From Candidatus Cloacimonadota bacterium (lineage in GTDB: Bacteria > Cloacimonadota > Cloacimonadia > G963667145): DNA of 64,000 nt. The notes under the pieces were generated by a model. That model was given only the letters and a program-made list of their open reading frames with translations, was not told the DNA's origin and ran no database searches. Location of the stretch: NCBI GenBank assembly GCA_963667255.1, contig OY762940.1, positions 73,421 through 137,420 of the forward strand. Reading direction: 5' to 3'. The translations under genes and the position numbers were made by a program. Shown here one piece after another: positions 61,996-64,000 of the stretch. Every line of letters begins with the position of its first letter. The first letter of the stretch is position 1.

Positions 61996-62740
61996 TGTCT
62001 ATTAACCTCACATCGCCCAAGAAAGCGGCGACAAAAATCCTGCCGTCTTTTTCTTTCAGGTAATCCACCTTAAAACCTTTGCTCTCCAGAGCGTTCTTCA
62101 TCTCATCTACGGACAACCCCGAGCTTATCGTCTCGTGCAAAAACGGGGCAATCGCTTTGTTTTCCTCGGCAATCAATTTGTTGCGAGAGCTGAGAGCCAA
62201 ACCACTGTCCTCCCGCACGATAGGGCAACCCTCTATCACAGTATCCATAAAAAACGCCTCTGCCATACCACGAATGAGCTGAAGCTGTTGCCAGTCCTTC
62301 TCGCCAAAATACGCCTTGGTCGCCTTGGTAATGTTGAGCAACTTCATCACGACAGTCAGCACGCCAACAAAATGCCCCTCACGAGTAGCACCGCACAAAT
62401 CCAAAGAGTCCCGATGCTCGCTCACTCTATACCGAAATCCGTCGTTGTAAAGTTCGTCGTAAGTCGGCTCCAGCACATAGTCCACGCCGGCATCCGAGAG
62501 CATCTGTCTATCTCTATGCAAATCAATAGGATAGCAGTCCAAGTCGCTCTGGTTGTTAAATTGCGTAGGGTTGACAAAAATCGAAACAGCCGTGATTTTA
62601 TTCTCCGCAACAGACCTCCGAACAAGGCTCATATGCCCCTGATGCAAGAACCCCATAGTCGGCACAAACCCGACACTCATCTCCTGCAAGTCGTCAAAAA
62701 TCTCTCTCCATTCCGCAATCGATTTGACAATCTTCATCAA
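61982..62740 (-). CDS. panC: Pantoate-beta-alanine ligase
   Basis: 252 aa. FVPTMGFLHQGHMSL (HIGH-like) motif. Typical PanC length. Confidence 0.9.
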   Translation of the reverse strand: MMKIVKSIAEWREIFDDLQEMSVGFVPTMGFLHQGHMSLVRRSVAENKITAVSIFVNPTQFNNQSDLDCYPIDLHRDRQMLSDAGVDYVLEPTYDELYNDGFRYRVSEHRDSLDLCGATREGHFVGVLTVVMKLLNITKATKAYFGEKDWQQLQLIRGMAEAFFMDTVIEGCPIVREDSGLALSSRNKLIAEENKAIAPFLHETISSGLSVDEMKNALESKGFKVDYLKEKDGRIFVAAFLGDVRLIDNVKR

Positions 62741-63525
62741 AACTCCTCATCGGCAGAGGGAAATTTTTTCGCCTTTACATCTGCATCATAACTGTCCAAA
62801 GCCTCTTTTATCAGCGAGATACCTTCCATATATTTGCGGACAAACTTCGGCTTGAAGTCGGAATTTAGCCCCAGTAAATCCTGCAACACCAACACCTGAC
62901 CATCGCAATCGCAACCGGCACCAATGCCGATAGTGGGGATAGCCAACTCCTGACTAATCCTCTTGCCGACAGCACTGGGAACGCACTCCAGCACTACGGA
63001 AAAACAGCCGAGCTTTTGCAACGCGAGAGCCTCCCCCAGCAAAATATCCTCTTTGCTCTGAGTCTTGCCTTGCACTTTGTAGCCGCCCAACCCATTGACG
63101 GACTGCGGTATCAAGCCCAAGTGACCCATCACAGGCACACCGGAGCCAACTATATGCTCGATAATCTCTTCGCTACCCTTCACGCCCTCCAACTTCACGG
63201 CGTTCGCACCAGCCTGCATCAAACTCTGCACAGCGTCCATCGCCTCGGACAGACCCTTGCGATAGCTCAGAAAAGGCAAATCGCCCACCACAAAAGCACT
63301 CGGGGCTCCACGGCGGACAGCCGCCACATGCATACTCATCATCTCGACAGTAGCTGGTATGGTAGAGCCAAACCCGTGCATCGTCATCGCCAGAGAGTCT
63401 CCGACCAAGATGCAGTCCACTCCCGACGACTCCACGATAGCGGAACTCCAACTGTCATAAGCAGTTACCATAGATATGGGTATTTGCTTCTTTTTCATCT
63501 TAGCGAAATCAAGAACATTCACCAT
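62737..63525 (-). CDS. panB: 3-methyl-2-oxobutanoate hydroxymethyltransferase
   Basis: 262 aa. TAYD...LVGDSLAMT...GADAVKLEG motifs. Confidence 0.9.
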   Translation of the reverse strand: MVNVLDFAKMKKKQIPISMVTAYDSWSSAIVESSGVDCILVGDSLAMTMHGFGSTIPATVEMMSMHVAAVRRGAPSAFVVGDLPFLSYRKGLSEAMDAVQSLMQAGANAVKLEGVKGSEEIIEHIVGSGVPVMGHLGLIPQSVNGLGGYKVQGKTQSKEDILLGEALALQKLGCFSVVLECVPSAVGKRISQELAIPTIGIGAGCDCDGQVLVLQDLLGLNSDFKPKFVRKYMEGISLIKEALDSYDADVKAKKFPSADEEF

Positions 63526-63531
63526 TCCTCC

Positions 63532-64000
63532 TTATATCAGCGTTTCCCGAAAAGCCTGATAAACCTTTTGATAGGCATCTCCGTTCAACGACTCCAAATT
63601 TTTTTTCATCGTAATCTCGTCCCTACGAGCCAAAGGACCCGTGAGACAATTTTTCCAGTTCTCATCAAGATTTTGGAAAATCCTCTGCATATACGGTCGC
63701 AGCAACTCCGCTTTCAAACCCAATTTCCCCTCAAAATCGGAGAACGCTTTTTGCCACAACATCACCGTGAAATTGCCCGACAGCACACACAGTGCGTGGT
63801 ATAGAGGCTTGTCAGCGGGATTGATAGCGAATGACTGATTGGACAAATCGGGGAAAATCTCCGCAAAAGTCGGCTTGCCCCTTTCGCTAATGAACGGAAT
63901 CGCCCGATACTCCTCCAGCGAATACACCTCTCGAGAAAACGACATCAAAGGATGGTATGACGGGACGCCGTCTATGACCAGACTGCCCGAAAAGTGAATC
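63532..64000 (-). CDS. Partial ORF (continues beyond the window end). Possibly a DUF2520 / ketopantoate-reductase-like C-terminal domain protein of the pan operon.
   Basis: The reading frame stays open upstream of the track's TTG start through 64000 (…IHFSGSLVIDGVPSYHPLMSFSREVY…). Pan-operon context without a panE. Family call is tentative. Confidence 0.4.
   Translation of the reverse strand, partial: IHFSGSLVIDGVPSYHPLMSFSREVYSLEEYRAIPFISERGKPTFAEIFPDLSNQSFAINPADKPLYHALCVLSGNFTVMLWQKAFSDFEGKLGLKAELLRPYMQRIFQNLDENWKNCLTGPLARRDEITMKKNLESLNGDAYQKVYQAFRETLI

Overview
This looks like an AT-rich (about 40% GC by eye) bacterial chromosomal segment, probably from a diderm anaerobe, since it encodes MurJ, MltD-like lytic transglycosylases and outer-membrane beta-barrel candidates. 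Taxon cannot be assigned from sequence alone. Most genes are housekeeping genes on the minus strand: miaA-mutL-xer recombinase with an adjacent tRNA-Pro; a translation cluster (rplM-rpsI and rpsB-tsf-pyrH-frr-tmk-ctp-rnhC); uvrC-murJ followed by two tandem LysM lytic transglycosylases; nnr-upp; a lipid-synthesis cluster (rnc-fabF-acpP-fabG-fabD-plsX-rpmF); trpB; cspA-guaA; cobB; and a pantothenate/CoA cluster (panD-coaX-coaB-coaC-panC-panB).

The most unusual feature is a complete minus-strand rRNA operon (16S, tRNA-Ile, tRNA-Ala, 23S, 5S) carrying selfish or IVS-type elements. Two intervening sequences sit in the 23S gene and share identical 18-bp terminal inverted repeats. The longer one, at the helix-45 region, contains a frameshifted GIY-YIG endonuclease gene remnant with its own Shine-Dalgarno sequence. 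An intact gene for a four-helix-bundle '23S-rRNA-intervening-sequence protein' lies in the spacer between tRNA-Ile and tRNA-Ala.

Other accessory signals are listed here. A 3.5-kb amino-acid catabolism cassette (ThrC-like enzyme, Asp/Glu racemase, DAACS transporter) is bracketed by 162-bp direct repeats of the 3' end of an SMR efflux gene. An AT-rich four-gene membrane/lipoprotein island lies between rplM and uvrC. A GIY-YIG/TerB/Gly-zipper/EcsC operon abuts the rRNA promoter region. An (ACTGA)19 microsatellite is present. A 1.1-kb IS-like element has imperfect TIRs and a 7-bp target duplication. Next to it is a roughly 600-bp GC-rich noncoding island full of strong hairpins. An overlapping MNT-GNAT pair is also present. 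No CRISPR array was seen.
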